Position numbers and translations under genes: made by a program
Assembly: GCA_002633005.1 (NCBI GenBank)
Contig: NMRA01000094.1
Coordinates: 832,597 to 896,596 of the forward strand
DNA: 64,000 nucleotides
From: Phoronis australis
Taxonomy: Eukaryota; Animalia; Phoronida
Direction: 5' to 3'
The notes under the pieces: generated by a model
What the model saw: only the letters and a program-made list of their open reading frames with translations
Database searches by the model: none
What the model was told of the DNA's origin: nothing
Shown here: positions 27,401 through 42,400 of the stretch, piece after piece
Numbering within the stretch: position 1 is the first letter of the stretch
Layout of the letters: each line of letters opens with the position of its first letter

Positions 27401-30400
27401 AAACATACATTGTTAAGGGGCAGCTCTATCACCCTCTCACTACCTCTCGGCATCAATAAACACTACCCATGCACACACACACAGTACCTTATCAAGAGCT
27501 GCCTGCACCACTCTCTCACTCTCACTGTCCAAGGCAGACGTAGCTTCATCCAGAAGCAGAACCTTAGGATTGCGTACAAGAGCCCTGGCAATTGCTACCC
27601 TCTGTTTCTGCCCACCAGACAGCTGGGCACCACGTTCCCCTACCAATGTTTCATATCCCTGAAAGAACAAAGAAGGACAAGAGAAAATAAAATTTTGATG
27701 CTATTTTCAAGATGTAGGCCAGTCATTTCCAACTATGACAGCTTACTAGGTTAATAATCTGTGCGAATGTGAATTATTACATAAAATTGCACAACTAGGC
27801 AACTATTGCGTAAAGAAAGTATCCTTATGAGATTGCTGGTAAGATCCATTTTTCTAAACTAATTCATATCCACTGCAAAGCTGCACACAATGCCACTTTA
27901 CTTTTCAAAGAAACAAACTGTAGTTCATTATGATGAGAAGTTCTACAAATACATACATCCCAATACCCACATAGCCTTCTGAAAATGCACACACATTAGT
28001 ACTACCTGTTGTATCAGTCTATTGAATATTGTATCAGTCTATTGTATGTTGCATCAGTCTATTGTACATTGTATCAGTCTATTGTACATTGTATCAGTCT
28101 ATTGTATGTTGAATCAGTGTATTGTATATAGAGATACCCAAACTACTAAAATGGAAACGTAATCAGCGGTCAGCAAGTCAAAGTTTTCAGGATGCCATTT
28201 ATAGTTCTTGTGATTTAATAGTTCATTTAAATTTAGCAAGAGCAATCCAAAGCATTGAAATGCACTCATGAATGCACCGCAAACGATGCGATTTTAGAGT
28301 TGATTATTAGTGTCATAAAATGGCCATTAGAAAGTGTAAGTCAAACCCGTCTGAAAACGGAAAGCTGTCGTCATCTCCTGAAGAGAAACACGCATTGGCC
28401 AAATTTCATGAACACCCATCAAAGAAGTCCAAAATAGTAGTTGGATTGGACCAAAACTTGTTGCCATTTGTCATCAACTCCATGCCTGGAAACATGTCTT
28501 CCAAATCTCATTAAGATCCTGTAAGGGGCTTAGGAGATACAGCTGTTGTTGGAGATGATGGCAATATACAATCACACACATATATGAGCAGGTCATTCTG
28601 TAGAAATTATGGTTTTAAAGCTTTCATCAACTGGACCTGACCAATTGACCACAATTTATACCCAGATGAGATGAGACCTAATCACATGTTGACAATAAAT
28701 CAGATGAGATGAGACCTAATCACAATAAATCAGGAATATGAGGGACTGGAGCCTAAGGTTAAATTGAGATATACCACTTTCCTAGTGCTTTGGGTAAACA
28801 TATACCACTTTCCTAGTGCTCTGGGTAAACATATACCACTTTTCTAGTGCTCTGAGTAAACATATGCCACTTTCCCAGTGCTCTGGGTAAACATATACCA
28901 CTTTTCTAGTGCTCTGAGTAAACATATACCACTTTCCTAGTGCTCTGGGTAAACATATACCACTTTTCTAGTGCTCTGGGTAAACATATACCACTTTCCT
29001 AGTTCTCTGAGTAAACATATACCACTTTTCTAGTGCTCTAGGTAAACATATACCACTTTCCTAGTGCACTGGGTAAAAATGCATTGATTCGTATAGATAT
29101 GTGTGCAAAAGGTTACACTGAAGAATGTGAAACATTAATTGTCAGATTATGCAAAATACGGCCACCAGAGATGGTTTTGAAAAAGAACGACGTTCTAAAT
29201 CTGTAACCAATCACACTCAATACACACGACTAGATGGTTACACTAACCTTTGGTAGTCTTGATACAAAATCATGAGCATTTGCCATCTTTGCTGCAGCCT
29301 CAATTTCAGGTTGGCTAATTCCCAGTTGTCCATAAGTGATGTTCTCAGCAATAGAACAGCCAAACAAGATGGGCTCTTGGGACACAACGCCAATCTGTTC
29401 TCTCAACCACTTTATATTGAACTGTTTCACATCTTCACCATCCAGCAGAACCTGTCGGTATTACTACTAGTTATATGTGTGACCATGTGTTTTTTGGCCT
29501 AATTCTTAGGCTAAAACCTCTTGAAGTATATTATGCAGTAGTACATAAGGCAACAATGGCATAAAAATAACAAAGTGAGCACATAATATCAAGATGGTGA
29601 ATGTTTTCAGGTACAATTGCGTTTTAGCAAAAGCAATTACAATTAGCGCTAAAATTTATTTTAACTGCTCAGTGATGATTCTGTGAGGATAATTATTTAC
29701 TGGCAGTTCTTTTATTGTAATATAGGCAGGTGTCCTTTACATGAAACAAATTATTGATCTAAGACCTGAACACTGTTTCTAAGTCTGACCTGCCCACCAA
29801 CAGGGTCGTAGAACCTCTGTATCAAGTTCACCACAGTTGACTTGCCACACCCACTGGAGCCAACCAGAGCGATGGTTTGCCCAGCCTTGATTGACAGATT
29901 GAGACTATTCAACACCTGAAATAACAACATCAAAAGGGGCCTGACTTGACATCTTTGGTGTATTAAAATGTGGCAAGGATATCTAGCCAGTGTCAATCAC
30001 AGATAAAGATATGCTGAGTGGGAGGAGTTATCAAATAAACTGACATTTTTCACACACAAATTTAACCCATGCACTCCAAGAATACCTAAGTAATAAGCAA
30101 TCATAGGACTACATAGGTATACACTTCACGTCATCTTCGACGGCTTGTATCAGCGAAAGCAATGCAGCTGATAGAAATGTCGTCAATAACTGCCTTATCT
30201 AGAGCTGTTTTTAAATGGGGAACAGTTGTCATGGTGCGAGTTGTCACGGCGCTCGTTAGCGACGACTGATTTATGGCAAACCCACTAGGGTACGTCTCGA
30301 TTGCTCACTTCAGTATTGTTGAGTCACATCTTAGCAGACGTTAGTTACAGACTGGTAGTACATTTTTAACGTCCAATAAAACAGAGTTTCACAGTCTTTG

Positions 30401-33400
30401 AACTCGAAGGGGTCTGTTGTACAGCTGTTCGTCAAGACATAATGGAGATGCCATGTTGTGTAGTATAACTATTAAAAGGTGTCTTACCAAACAGTTTATT
30501 TTGAGTGATATTAATCCGTAACAGCGCGACTTGCTCCACTTAGTCACAATTACACAGCATTACACCGCATTACACCGCAAACTGGATCAGCAGGAGTCAC
30601 TTACACAAAGATTGTCTCAGCGTGCTTGCATAAACAATAGTGAACATCCAAACCCAAACCACATAGAATCATTTTTCAGAAATCTTTAAGTAGAGAGAAA
30701 GTCAAAAAGTCTTAGGACACTTTTCTTGAAACAGACTCCTCAAAAATAAGATCCGTGTCATGAAGGAGTTCCATAAGAACAGATACACCAGTTAGAATTA
30801 AAGTCCACCATACCTGTACATCTGGACGGCTTGGATACCTAAAACTAACATTCTCGAAATCAATGGCACCCTTCACATAGTCCTTAGTATTACCAACGGG
30901 GCTACTGGCATCAATGTCTGGCTCCTACAATGAAGACGGCAGATTGAACATAGACTGGACCTGATTCAGTTCCCAACATGCACCAGGTCACCTGAGTCAA
31001 CTCATAAGATATTGTATCCTGGTGACAAAGGCTTGCAGCTCACGAAACAATAAGATATTTCTTCTTTTATTGTTTTTATTTAATTTCTTTAAAGACTGAG
31101 TAACCATATCACTGAGTGAATTATCCTTGCTGATTGACTCACCTTATGGATCAAAAGAGGGCACAAGTATATTCAACATATGACTTGAAATTGCGCTAAA
31201 ATAGTAACACACTAAACTGGCCACAAGAACATGATGATTTACTCTAACAGGTAACATCTGCTACGCACCCTGTCGATGATGGCAAACAGTTTTGCAGATG
31301 ATCCTTTGGCAGTGGTTACCATAGCCAGATTTGGTGCAACACCGCCAATAGCAAATGACCCCATCAGGACGCAGAAGAAAACCTGAAATGTATAGCAGCA
31401 TATCTACAACTGTTCACGATATTATCTTGCTTTCTTTTTATAATGCGTGTCGGAGATTCCAGTGAATGAATGGTTTGAACAAGAATAGTGTAAAGCAATG
31501 ATTATTGGTCCATGACAGCACAGCAAACACTATACCTCAAGAGTTGTTTATTAGTATTATAACAAGAGCAACGCGGAGCGTTGAAATGTGCCAACGAATG
31601 CATTGCAAATGTTGTGCTTTTAGGGTTATTTATTTGTATCATAAAAATGGCCACTAGATGGCGCAAAACATACAATCCATTCAAAAACAGGAACATGCCA
31701 TATTTCATAAAAATCTGTCAAGGAACTTCAGAGAAACAAAGGAAAACAGAATAAAATGAAATTGCCACTAGTGGGCACAGTGTCCGTTGGATCCGCCTGA
31801 AAGCCGTCGTCGTCTGTCCGTCTGTAGTTATATTCATATAAATACACTTACTAAATTTAGTAAAGATCCTGCAGTGGGTTTAGGAGATACAACAGTGGGC
31901 GCAAAACAAAACTACCACTAGGAGGCGCCACAGTAGTCAGTCACCATCATCAAAGGTCATCTTCACAATGAGAACATATATGCCAATTTTCAAATGATTG
32001 GGTTGATACAGGAGTGGACACTAAAAACAAGATTTGAAAACAGCAAAAAATGGCCACTAGGTGGTGCAAAATACCTCCTCGATTCCATCCAAAAACAGGA
32101 AGATAGCGTCATCACACCAATAGATGTTCACATCATATCAATATAATTACTAAATTTCGTAAAGATCCTGCGAACGGTTTAGGAGACACAGTAATAGGCA
32201 CAAAAAAACAAAACTGCCACTAGGAGGTGCCACAGTAGCCAAAATCGTCAGAAAATCATCGTCAACCGTCCTCTTCATAGTAAGCACATACATGCTAATT
32301 TTCACAGTCATCCTTTGATCAGTTTAGTTGATAGAGGGGTGGACGCAAAAAACAGACTCGAAAACAGTAAAAATGGCCACTAGGTGGCGCAAACTATGTC
32401 GAATCCATCCGAAAACGGGAGTATAGCGTCATCTCACTAATAGGTGCCTACATACCAAATTTCATGAAAATCCGTTCAGGACTTTTGAAAATACAAAAGG
32501 TAAGCGTAAAAAACTAAAATTGCCACTAGGGGGCACACCGGTAGTCGGATCCGTCCAAAAGTCGTCATCTTCTGTTGTTAACATCATATAAATATACTTC
32601 CACAATTTCGTAAAGATCCTGCGTACGGTTTAGGAGATACAGCCATAGGCGCAAAAAAAACAAAACTGCCACTAGGAGGCGCCACAGTCGTCAAAATTGT
32701 CGGAAAATCATCGTCAACCATCCTCTACATGGTAAGCATACACATGCCAATTTTCACAATCATCCTTTGAGCGGTTTGGTTGATAGAGGGGTGGACGCAC
32801 AAAAACAGACTCGAAAACACTAAAAATGGCCACTAGGTGGCGCAAACTATGTCGAATCCATCTGAAAACGGGAGGATAGCGTCATCTCACTAATAGGTGC
32901 CTACATACCAAATTTCATGAAAATCCGTACAGGACTTTTGAAGATACAAAGGTAAGCGTAAAAAACTAAAATTGCCACTAGGGGGCACACCGGTAGTCGG
33001 ATCCGTCCAAAATTTCGCACGTGCCGTCCCATTCATGAATGGAACATATGTGCCAAATTTCATGAACGTATGTCAAAGGGTTTTGGAGATAGAGCAGCGG
33101 ACGCCGGACGCCGCCCGGACGGACGGACGGACGGACGGAGATGACGGCATAATGCGTCCACATATAAATATGTGGGCGCATAAAAATCCGTCAAGGAACT
33201 CGGATGCAAATGAAAAAAAGTTGCCACTAAAGGGGCACTGCAGGAATCAGATCAATATGAAACTCGTCGTCATTCATCGTCAGTTTCATAGGAACACATC
33301 AAGTACTATAAAGCCTGTATGGGGAGTGTCAGTCAAGTACTATAAAGCCTGAATGTGGGGAGTGTCAGTCAAGTACTATAAAGCCTGAATGTATTCAGAG

Positions 33401-36400
33401 GCAAATGATTCAAAATTTAGAGTGGAATTGCATAATGGAGTGTTTCAACATAACTTTTTCTTAATACTTTCAGTTATTTGAAGTTTTACAAACTTCACTA
33501 AATAACTCGCAGACAAAGGAAGGCATAGTAACATACCGTGAAGACAGCGCCTGGATCCAGAATACCTTGTACAATGAGTGTCGAGCCATACCAGTATGAC
33601 AGAGCATAGGAGCAATACATGATGAGAAATGTGAGAGCAAAACCAACAGCCGACACAAGGACTCGCTTTACTCCAAGCTTTTGACTGTCTTTTAAATTCC
33701 CTTCGTACCTGATCAAATTAAAAAATCAAGCAAAGTTATTAGAAGTTATTCGAATTTCAAACATTTTCCTCACTCAAAAAAACAGATTAAAAAACTGTTG
33801 AAAATGTTGGAAAACAAGTAAAAACACCAAATGCAGTATTAGCTACAAAAAGACTGAAATGCCCGAAATACGACACATTATGTAAAATTAAGATATAAGT
33901 TAAACACACAAGGTTTACTGTTTCTAAAGATGTACTGCAGTGAAAGTCAGCACCATTTGACATAATCAGCGCAGGTGACAAACCACCTGTCGATCTCTTT
34001 GTGATGCTCCCTGAAGGATACATTAATCACCACAGGTGAACACACACCTCTCAAGCTCTTTGTGTTGTCGCCTGAAGGATACACTTATCACCGCACGTTA
34101 ACACCCACCTGTCAATCTCTTTGAGCTACCCCCTGAAGGACATATTTTAAAATCACCACAGATGAACACACACCTGTCAATCCCTTTGTGCTAGGCCTTG
34201 AAAGAAATTATTGCAACAGGCGAACACCCATGAGTCAATTCCTTAGTGCTGACCCCTGAACGTTACATTAATTACCGCAGGTTAACACCCACCTATCAAT
34301 CTCTTTGTGCTGCCCCCTGAAGGACACCACCGTCTTGATACATGAGAACACTTCCGTAGCCACACTACCAGCTTTAGCGTACTTCTCAGCCTCCACTTTT
34401 GTATAGGACGACATAAACTGAAGGGTATCAAGAAATCACACAATATTGACAACACTGTATAACTTGGCCCCTCTAGAAAGACCAGCCTTCCTTTGACTTC
34501 ATTCAATTACAAAACAATTCACATCTCAGGATGATTACTTTTCTCAAAATTAAAAGCACTTTATTCACATTTCATTATTTTCAGGTGTGCATTCGAAAAG
34601 AAAAAAAAAACTTTCAAAAAACCTATCAAAGCATTAAATAAAATGTGATTAGTTGTTTTCAAAAATCGGTCAAGGCTGTTCCTTTGCAAAATTTTTGGCA
34701 CTCTGGTTTTAATCTTAATTTCCATCCAATGTTGAATTTACAAACTATGAAGCCATGACTGATAACTATGTGATTAATAAATGCCAGTCATGAAACTTGC
34801 ACACAAGCTAACCATGACACACTTTTGAATATCAAAAAGAGGAAGCCTTGCAAGACACCTTTGTGGGGAACCTTTATAAGGTTTCAGCCTCCATCAATAG
34901 CAAAAGTACCGTATTGCTGAGCCATTAGGACATTGGCATCTGTGTAGAACAGCATTTACATGTGACACTTAGTTGCACGCGCTAATATGCAAACCACTTG
35001 GGTAAAAGGCATTATTTTGGCTATAGGCCCATGAGCTTAAAGGCACAGCAATAGGGTAAGTGACCATCTTATACTATGGGGTACTACCAGTTTCTTGAAA
35101 ACATGCCAATGAAGGAACTTCAAAGAAACAGAGGTGAATGGAAGAAATTGCCATCAGGAGGCACAGCAGTAGCCAAAACGGGTGTGCTAATATGCAAATT
35201 ACTGCATGGGCTTGTGCAGGGGACATTACCTGCGCTTACATGCGAAACTTATGTACATGTGCCAATAAACAAACTTGACTTAGGTAAAAAAGGCCTTGAA
35301 AAAGGCATTATTTCGGATATAGGTAAAAAGCCTCTAGGCGCGGTAATATGGTACAGCAGAAGAACAAAGCCACTAGATGGCATTCCCAAACTAACCTTAG
35401 CTACAAACGCTCCTGCTATCGCCAAAAGCGGTGTTAGGGACATCATTACCAAAGTCATCTGCCATGACTTCCAAAAGCCAATACCAAAGCCTGACAGAAA
35501 TGTGGCCATACTCTGGACACAAAGACTTAATTTATCTCCAATCCCTTCCCGCACTCTCTCAAGGTCACTGGAAGCAAAATAATCAAGACAATGGCCCAAT
35601 ATTTACACTAAAAATTATAACACCATCGGCTTTATAGTTGTAACCGGTACAATGAAGATAAGCCAACATTTACACGGATTGCCGCCTTTCAAAGCCTGGG
35701 TCTTCCTATGTCTGCACATCACCAATCTAATGGAGGGGACGTGCACATACGGACAAATAAAATAATTATACATTGAACTGGAGTACTTGTAAAATAAATG
35801 AACACGATCAATCACAAATAATGTGGTGTTAATTTCGTATTTAATTTGGTTACATATAGAACAGAACACATCATGACTCCCTCATCTGTAGAACAACACC
35901 AAACCATGATTAACTTACTTGAATGGAAGCCATGTCATGCTTCTCACTAAAAAATACTAAGAATGGATTTTCATTTAAAGACCATTCTTTACGTTTGTAG
36001 CAAATCGGGTAATACCTTCCAAAACTAACAAGTGGTTGTGTTGTTTACTAGAAATGCTCTCAGATAAGCTACAACTTTTCAATATTTCAAGTCATGGTAC
36101 ATTTGGCAGGATTGTCTATGAAAGTCAAGCACCAACAGTCCTGCATAGACCCCTAAACCACCTGACTATTTACACCGATTCTGTGTTAGGTCGTTGGCAA
36201 TGGCTAATTCTGATAAATTTTCACCATTTAGGATGAAAATATTAATGCATTCATCTTTTTCAAAGGCTTCTAACATCATAATTTCTCAAAACAAAGTTGG
36301 CAGCTATGGTGATAAAGCATTTTCAAGTACTACTTGTATTTTATGATAAAAAAAATTAGAAAATATAATTTCACTTTTGAGCCATATTGCATCCTAAACT

Positions 36401-39400
36401 GGTGAGACTTTACGTTCCAATGTGGAGGCGCCAACAGAATAAGTTACTAAAGATTCCATCTGGAGTACAGCTTACTATGTGTTAGAAACACTATTCAACT
36501 GCTGGAAAATTGAAGCTTCCACACGCAATAGTTTGGCAACTACTCAACATCTACTTTAATGTTTCACCCAAAATATTAATTTAAATACTAGTAAATGATT
36601 ATGAACAAACATGACTCTGACATCAGTAAAAATGTCAAATTAACGCAACATGTAGTTTTGACATTACCTTGCCAAACGAGTGGTCAATTCCCCACTAGAG
36701 TTTTCGTCAAACCACGCGATGTCTTGTCTTAGAATACTTTCAAAGAACTTCTTTCTAAGTTTGTGTGTCTGCCGCTCACAAGCTGTTGTCATACACATGA
36801 TCTGTAACACATTATCTGGAGTATATCGTCATCTTTACGTTTCCAAGACTACCCAGCAGTTTTCACCTACCCTTAAAGCTCATTTACCCCTTATGAGTTT
36901 GTTAAAGCCTGAAAGTTGAATTTGTGAGCAATGAGTCTTAAAAGCAAATGTTCTAGCACAGTTTGCTAACTTGGTTTATTTGAGGTCATTAAATTTTTTC
37001 AGATATTCCCTGAGGCCAATTAGAGTTAAACGATTATTTCTGCTAATTGGATACTCCATCGCACTATCCTTTTTTACTTTGAATTTGACATTAAAAATTA
37101 TGAACCATGAGGCTTTAGTTAATAAGAAGGAGAAAAAAACTGTCAAGTCAAATTCAAATACCACTCAAATGAACAGGTGCCATATGCCACTTGTTTTACA
37201 CCCCAAAAATCAGTAAAGATGAGAGTTATGAATTCCAACATTGTTGTCAGCAAAGAGCTTACTAGGCATGTTAAGTAGTTAATTTTCCAAGAATGACCTT
37301 TGCCAAGAATGACCTTTTCACCGTAAGTTGGCAGGGTGCTATCACAAGCTATTGGTAAGTTTGACAACTTTCTTCGTTGCATTTTTTTTTCAAGAAATCC
37401 ACAATATGAGAAATCATCATCAAATGTGAACTTGCATTTCCCAGAAAATCTCAAAGGCATCCACTGAACCAGTGAATGAAGACATACAGTATGAATTCCT
37501 TTCTGGTGACATCACTGACACTGTTTATGGTAACAGAATGCACTAAGAGGCTGAAGTGACAGAAACAGCTCACACACTCATGGATACACACATGAACACA
37601 GATTACAGATCTGTAAACTCAGTTCACTGGTTCACAAACACAACTCGTACTTACAAATAAATGGCACAAAATCAATGGCGTGTTAAAAAATTAGCAGTCC
37701 ATACATAGCACAAGTCGAGAGATGAATCCTTGAGCCATGTTTACAGCTGCACGTACCAAAAGTCAATTTTCAATTCATGAGCCATGCTTGTGGTTCAATA
37801 GCCGTGCTTTTAAGGACTGTAAGCAGTGTTTTGTGGGAGCAAAGATACGTCTATGAGTGCTAAGCAATGCTCATAACTGCGTGAGCCATGTTGCTCCAAT
37901 AGCCTGTGTATTCAACTATGTCGCATATTACAGGCAGTGTTTTCTTCATTAAAAATAGTATAAAATGGCTAAGAAAAACTTGCCAGCTTCAGTGTTCCAA
38001 CTAACTGAAAAAGGTGCCTTAAGAAAAGGTGCCTAGAGGAGGTGCCTACAGGAGGTGCCTAGAGATGGTGCCTAGAGGAGGTGCCTAGAGTAGGTGCCTA
38101 GAGGAGGTGCCTAGAGGAGATGCCTAGAGGAGGTGCCTAGAAGGGGAGCCTAGAGGAGCCTAGAGGTGGTGCCTAGAGGATGTGCCTAGCGGAGGTGCCT
38201 AGAGGGGCTGCCTAGAGGAGGTGCCTAGAGGAGGTGCCTAGAGGAGNNNNNNNNNNNNNNNNNNNNNNNNNNNNNNNNNNNNNNNNNNNNNNNNNNNNNN
38301 NNNNNNNNNNNNNNNNNNNNNNNNNNNNNNNNNNNNNNNNNNNNNNNNNNNNNNNNNNNNNNNNNNNNNNNNNNNNNNNNNNNNNNNNNNNNNNNNNNNN
38401 NNNNNNNNNNNNNNNNNNNNNNNNNNNNNNNNNNNNNNNNNNNNNNNNNNNNNNNNNNNNNNNNNNNNNNNNNNNNNNNNNNNNNNNNNNNNNNNNNNNN
38501 NNNNNNNNNNNNNNNNNNNNNNNNNNNNNNNNNNNNNNNNNNNNNNNNNNNNNNNNNNNNNNNNNNNNNNNNNNNNNNNNNNNNNNNNNNNNNNNNNNNN
38601 NNNNNNNNNNNNNNNNNNNNNNNNNNNNNNNNNNNNNNNNNNNNNNNNNNNNNNNNNNNNNNNNNNNNNNNNNNNNNNNNNNNNNNNNNNNNNNNNNNNN
38701 NNNNNNNNNNNNNNNNNNNNNNNNNNNNNNNNNNNNNNNNNNNNNNNNNNNNNNNNNNNNNNNNNNNNNNNNNNNNNNNNNNNNNNNNNNNNNNNNNNNN
38801 NNNNNNNNNNNNNNNNNNNNNNNNNNNNNNNNNNNNNNNNNNNNNNNNNNNNNNNNNNNNNNNNNNNNNNNNNNNNNNNNNNNNNNNNNNNNNNNNNNNN
38901 NNNNNNNNNNNNNNNNNNNNNNNNNNNNNNNNNNNNNNNNNNNNNNNNNNNNNNNNNNNNNNNNNNNNNNNNNNNNNNNNNNNNNNNNNNNNNNNNNNNN
39001 NNNNNNNNNNNNNNNNNNNNNNNNNNNNNNNNNNNNNNNNNNNNNNNNNNNNNNNNNNNNNNNNNNNNNNNNNNNNNNNNNNNNNNNNNNNNNNNNNNNN
39101 NNNNGGTGCCTAGAGAAGGAGCCTACAGGAGGTGCCTAGAGGTGCCTAGAGGAGGTGCCTAGAGAGGGTGCCTAGAGAGGGTGCCTAGAGAGGGTGCCTA
39201 GAGCGGGAGCTTAGAGAGAAGGCCTAGAGGAGCCTAGAGGAGGTGCCTAGAGATGTCTAGAGGGGGTGCCTTGAAAGGGTGCTTAGAGAGGGTGCCTAGA
39301 GAGGGTGCCTAGAGAGGGAGCCTAGAGAAGGAGCCTAGAGAAGGAGCCTAGAGGTGCCTAGATGAGGTGCATAGAGAAGGAGCCTAGAGAAGGTGCCTAG

Positions 39401-42400
39401 AGAAGGTGTCTAAAAAAGGTGCCTAAATCCAAAAAGGAATGTTTTACCGGTTAACTCATTGAACTGAAAATGTTTGCGTACAAACCAATGGCAGCAATTT
39501 GGAATGACAATGGCATTGATTCATGATTTCAGAAGTGTATTTTACACAGATACTAACAAACATATGAAAGATGTTCATTGACAGATCTTACCTGTAAATA
39601 GCATGCCACAAAGACAGCTCCAGCAATGTAAAGGTAATAAATCGTAAACTTGTTCATGTCATCAGTGAAAATCTTCTCCACCTCAGTAATATTTGTGACG
39701 TTTGCCAAACCAGCTGCAGCATAAAAAAATTGTGGAAAAAGTGATTAAGGAATTCGGCTATTTTCAGGAAAACATGATTTTGGAATGTTTCTTCACATTG
39801 TTTAAACAGATGTCATTTTTCAACAAGAGCAATGCACAGCGTTGAAATGCACCCACACTGCACCACAAATGGAGTTCTTCTAGAGTTGTTTATTAAAATC
39901 ATAAAAATGGCCACTAGGGGGCACAGTGGTATTTGGATCAATTCGTCATTTGTAACCGTTTGTTGTCAGCTCCATATAAATACATCTTTCAAATTTCACA
40001 AAACTCCTTCAAATTGTTAAGGAGATTTAGCTGCAGACGCAAAAAAATAAAATCACCACAAGGCGACAACACAGTAATTGGACCTGTTTCAAAGATGTCA
40101 GTCATGGCCTTCTCATCAGAAACACATCTGTGAATTTTCATGCTGATCCTTTAAGCAGTATGGCAGATAGGGAGGTGGACACCAGAAAACCAACGCAAAA
40201 ATAACAAAAATGGCCACCAGGTAGTGCAGAAAACATCAAATCTGTCCAAAAATGAGGTGTTTTTGTCAAATTTCATGAAAATACATCAATGAACTCCGAC
40301 GATAGAGAGGCAAACATAAAAAAATTTTGCCACTGGGGGCACAGAAGTATTTGGATTAGTTCAACACTCAAAACCGTTTGTCATCGGCTACATGCGAATG
40401 CATATTTCAAATTTCACAAAGCTCCTTCAAGGGTTAACAAAATTCAGGCGCAGACACAAAAAAAAACGAAATCGTCACTGGGGGGGACACAGTAGTCCGA
40501 CTTGTACGAAAGTCAACGTCAGTCGTGGCCTTTTCATTTTCATAATAATCCTTTGAGCAGTATGGCAGATACAGAGACGAATGCCAAAAAACGCCGGATG
40601 CAAATATACCAAAAACTGCCTCAAGGTGATGTAAAATTCATTGAAACCGTCCGAAAATGGAATGGCATCATCACATTTTTATTAAAAACCTATTTGCTGA
40701 ATTTCACAAAAATCCATCAACGAAGTCCGAAGATAAAAGACAAATGGCACTAAGGAGCACAGCGGTACTCGGATCGTTCTGCAACTTGTCATCATCTGTC
40801 ATCAGCTGCATAGGAATTAAGAGATAAAGCTGCGGACAACAATAGTATGCACCCACATATAAACCGTAGGCACATAAACACTAACATAGCCACTAAGGGG
40901 CACACCAATAAACCGATCCATCTGAAATCTCACTCATGTCGTGCCATCCATGAAAGGAACATATCTGCAAAATTTCGTTAACATACATAAAAGGATTTGG
41001 TGATAGAGCAGCGAATTTCTTGAAACTTAGTAGCAGTGGACAGTAAGTACACTAACTTTTTTGAGTTCCTTAGTTCCATTATAATTTACAATAACATTTT
41101 AAAGCTGCATTTCACCCAGTTTAACTGGCTAAAAAGGAAAATCTCTCTGCTAGAGATGCAAAAGTTCACTTTTAGCCTCGATACTCAGTTGTCATGGTTC
41201 ACTTTCAGAAATTACTAAATGTGATTATTTATCCAAATATTAAATATGAATATTGTATGTGTTCCTGTTGATGTATCTTTTCTTAGAATGTAAGAAAAAC
41301 ACAGCGCTTAGAATAACTATGTACAAAACTATCAAATTTTAAATTAAAAATAAAAATTTCTAAACTTAATTGATCAAAAATAAAAACACACAAAATAAAC
41401 AATACAATCTTTCTCACTTGATGTTGAACCCTGTAGCCAGTAAAACAATTAAATAGTATTTGAAAGTGATGTGTGAAACTAAGACTTTAAGAACTTCATC
41501 TGGCGCTCCCACTTTACAATTATCAAATAAAGGCTTAGACATACAATTAGACATACAATTAGACATACAATTAGACATACAATTAGACATACATTTAGAC
41601 ATACAATTAGACATACAATTAGACATACAATTAGACATACAATTAGACATACAATTAGACATACAATTAGACATACAATTAGACATACAATTAGACATAC
41701 AATTAGACATACAATTAGACATACAATTAGACATACAATTAGACATACAATTACAAGCACATCACAGCCTGCACATGATTTGTACACATTTTCAGAGTAA
41801 GTACCAGTATTGGGTATAGTCTTTTGCTGAAGAGAGTTTTAATTAATTTTCAGTAATAGTTATGTGGAATGTAAGTTCAAATTTCAGTCTGGTGTAAATC
41901 AAGTCAGTTCATTTGACGAAACACGTAGCATCATTGTCAGAATAAATATTGATTAAGTAATTAGTAAGAATAGATCCATTTTAAGTTGCCTAAAATTTGT
42001 GCATATGTACTTTTAAATCATGGGGTCAGACTTGTTGACATGTATTTTAATGTCAAAATCTATTTTTAGATGGTGTTTACAACTTTGGGTTCTGGGGTCA
42101 AAGTACTCTAGAGACTCTAGAAAATTCTGAGAACAAATTGTAACAGCCAATAATATGAGTGGATATGATCATGTGATTTTTATTAGCCAATTACTAAATA
42201 AGTAGAATGTTATATTATGGGCTGAAATCAACAAGATAATTAGATGCGCTATAGTAGTTGAAGCACAAGGACTTGCTACAGTGTACAGAAGCAATTGTAC
42301 GACAGAGCCATCTCGTGGAAGATTCTAGAAAGGATCTTGGCAAGGGCAAGGGTTAACGAACAGGAAGTTAACTAAGAGCTTGTCACTTGCATCGTGGGTA

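Noticed and set aside
41414-41819. MSNC/LDIQ/CLIV repeat ORFs
   Set aside because: Translations of a 12-bp minisatellite.
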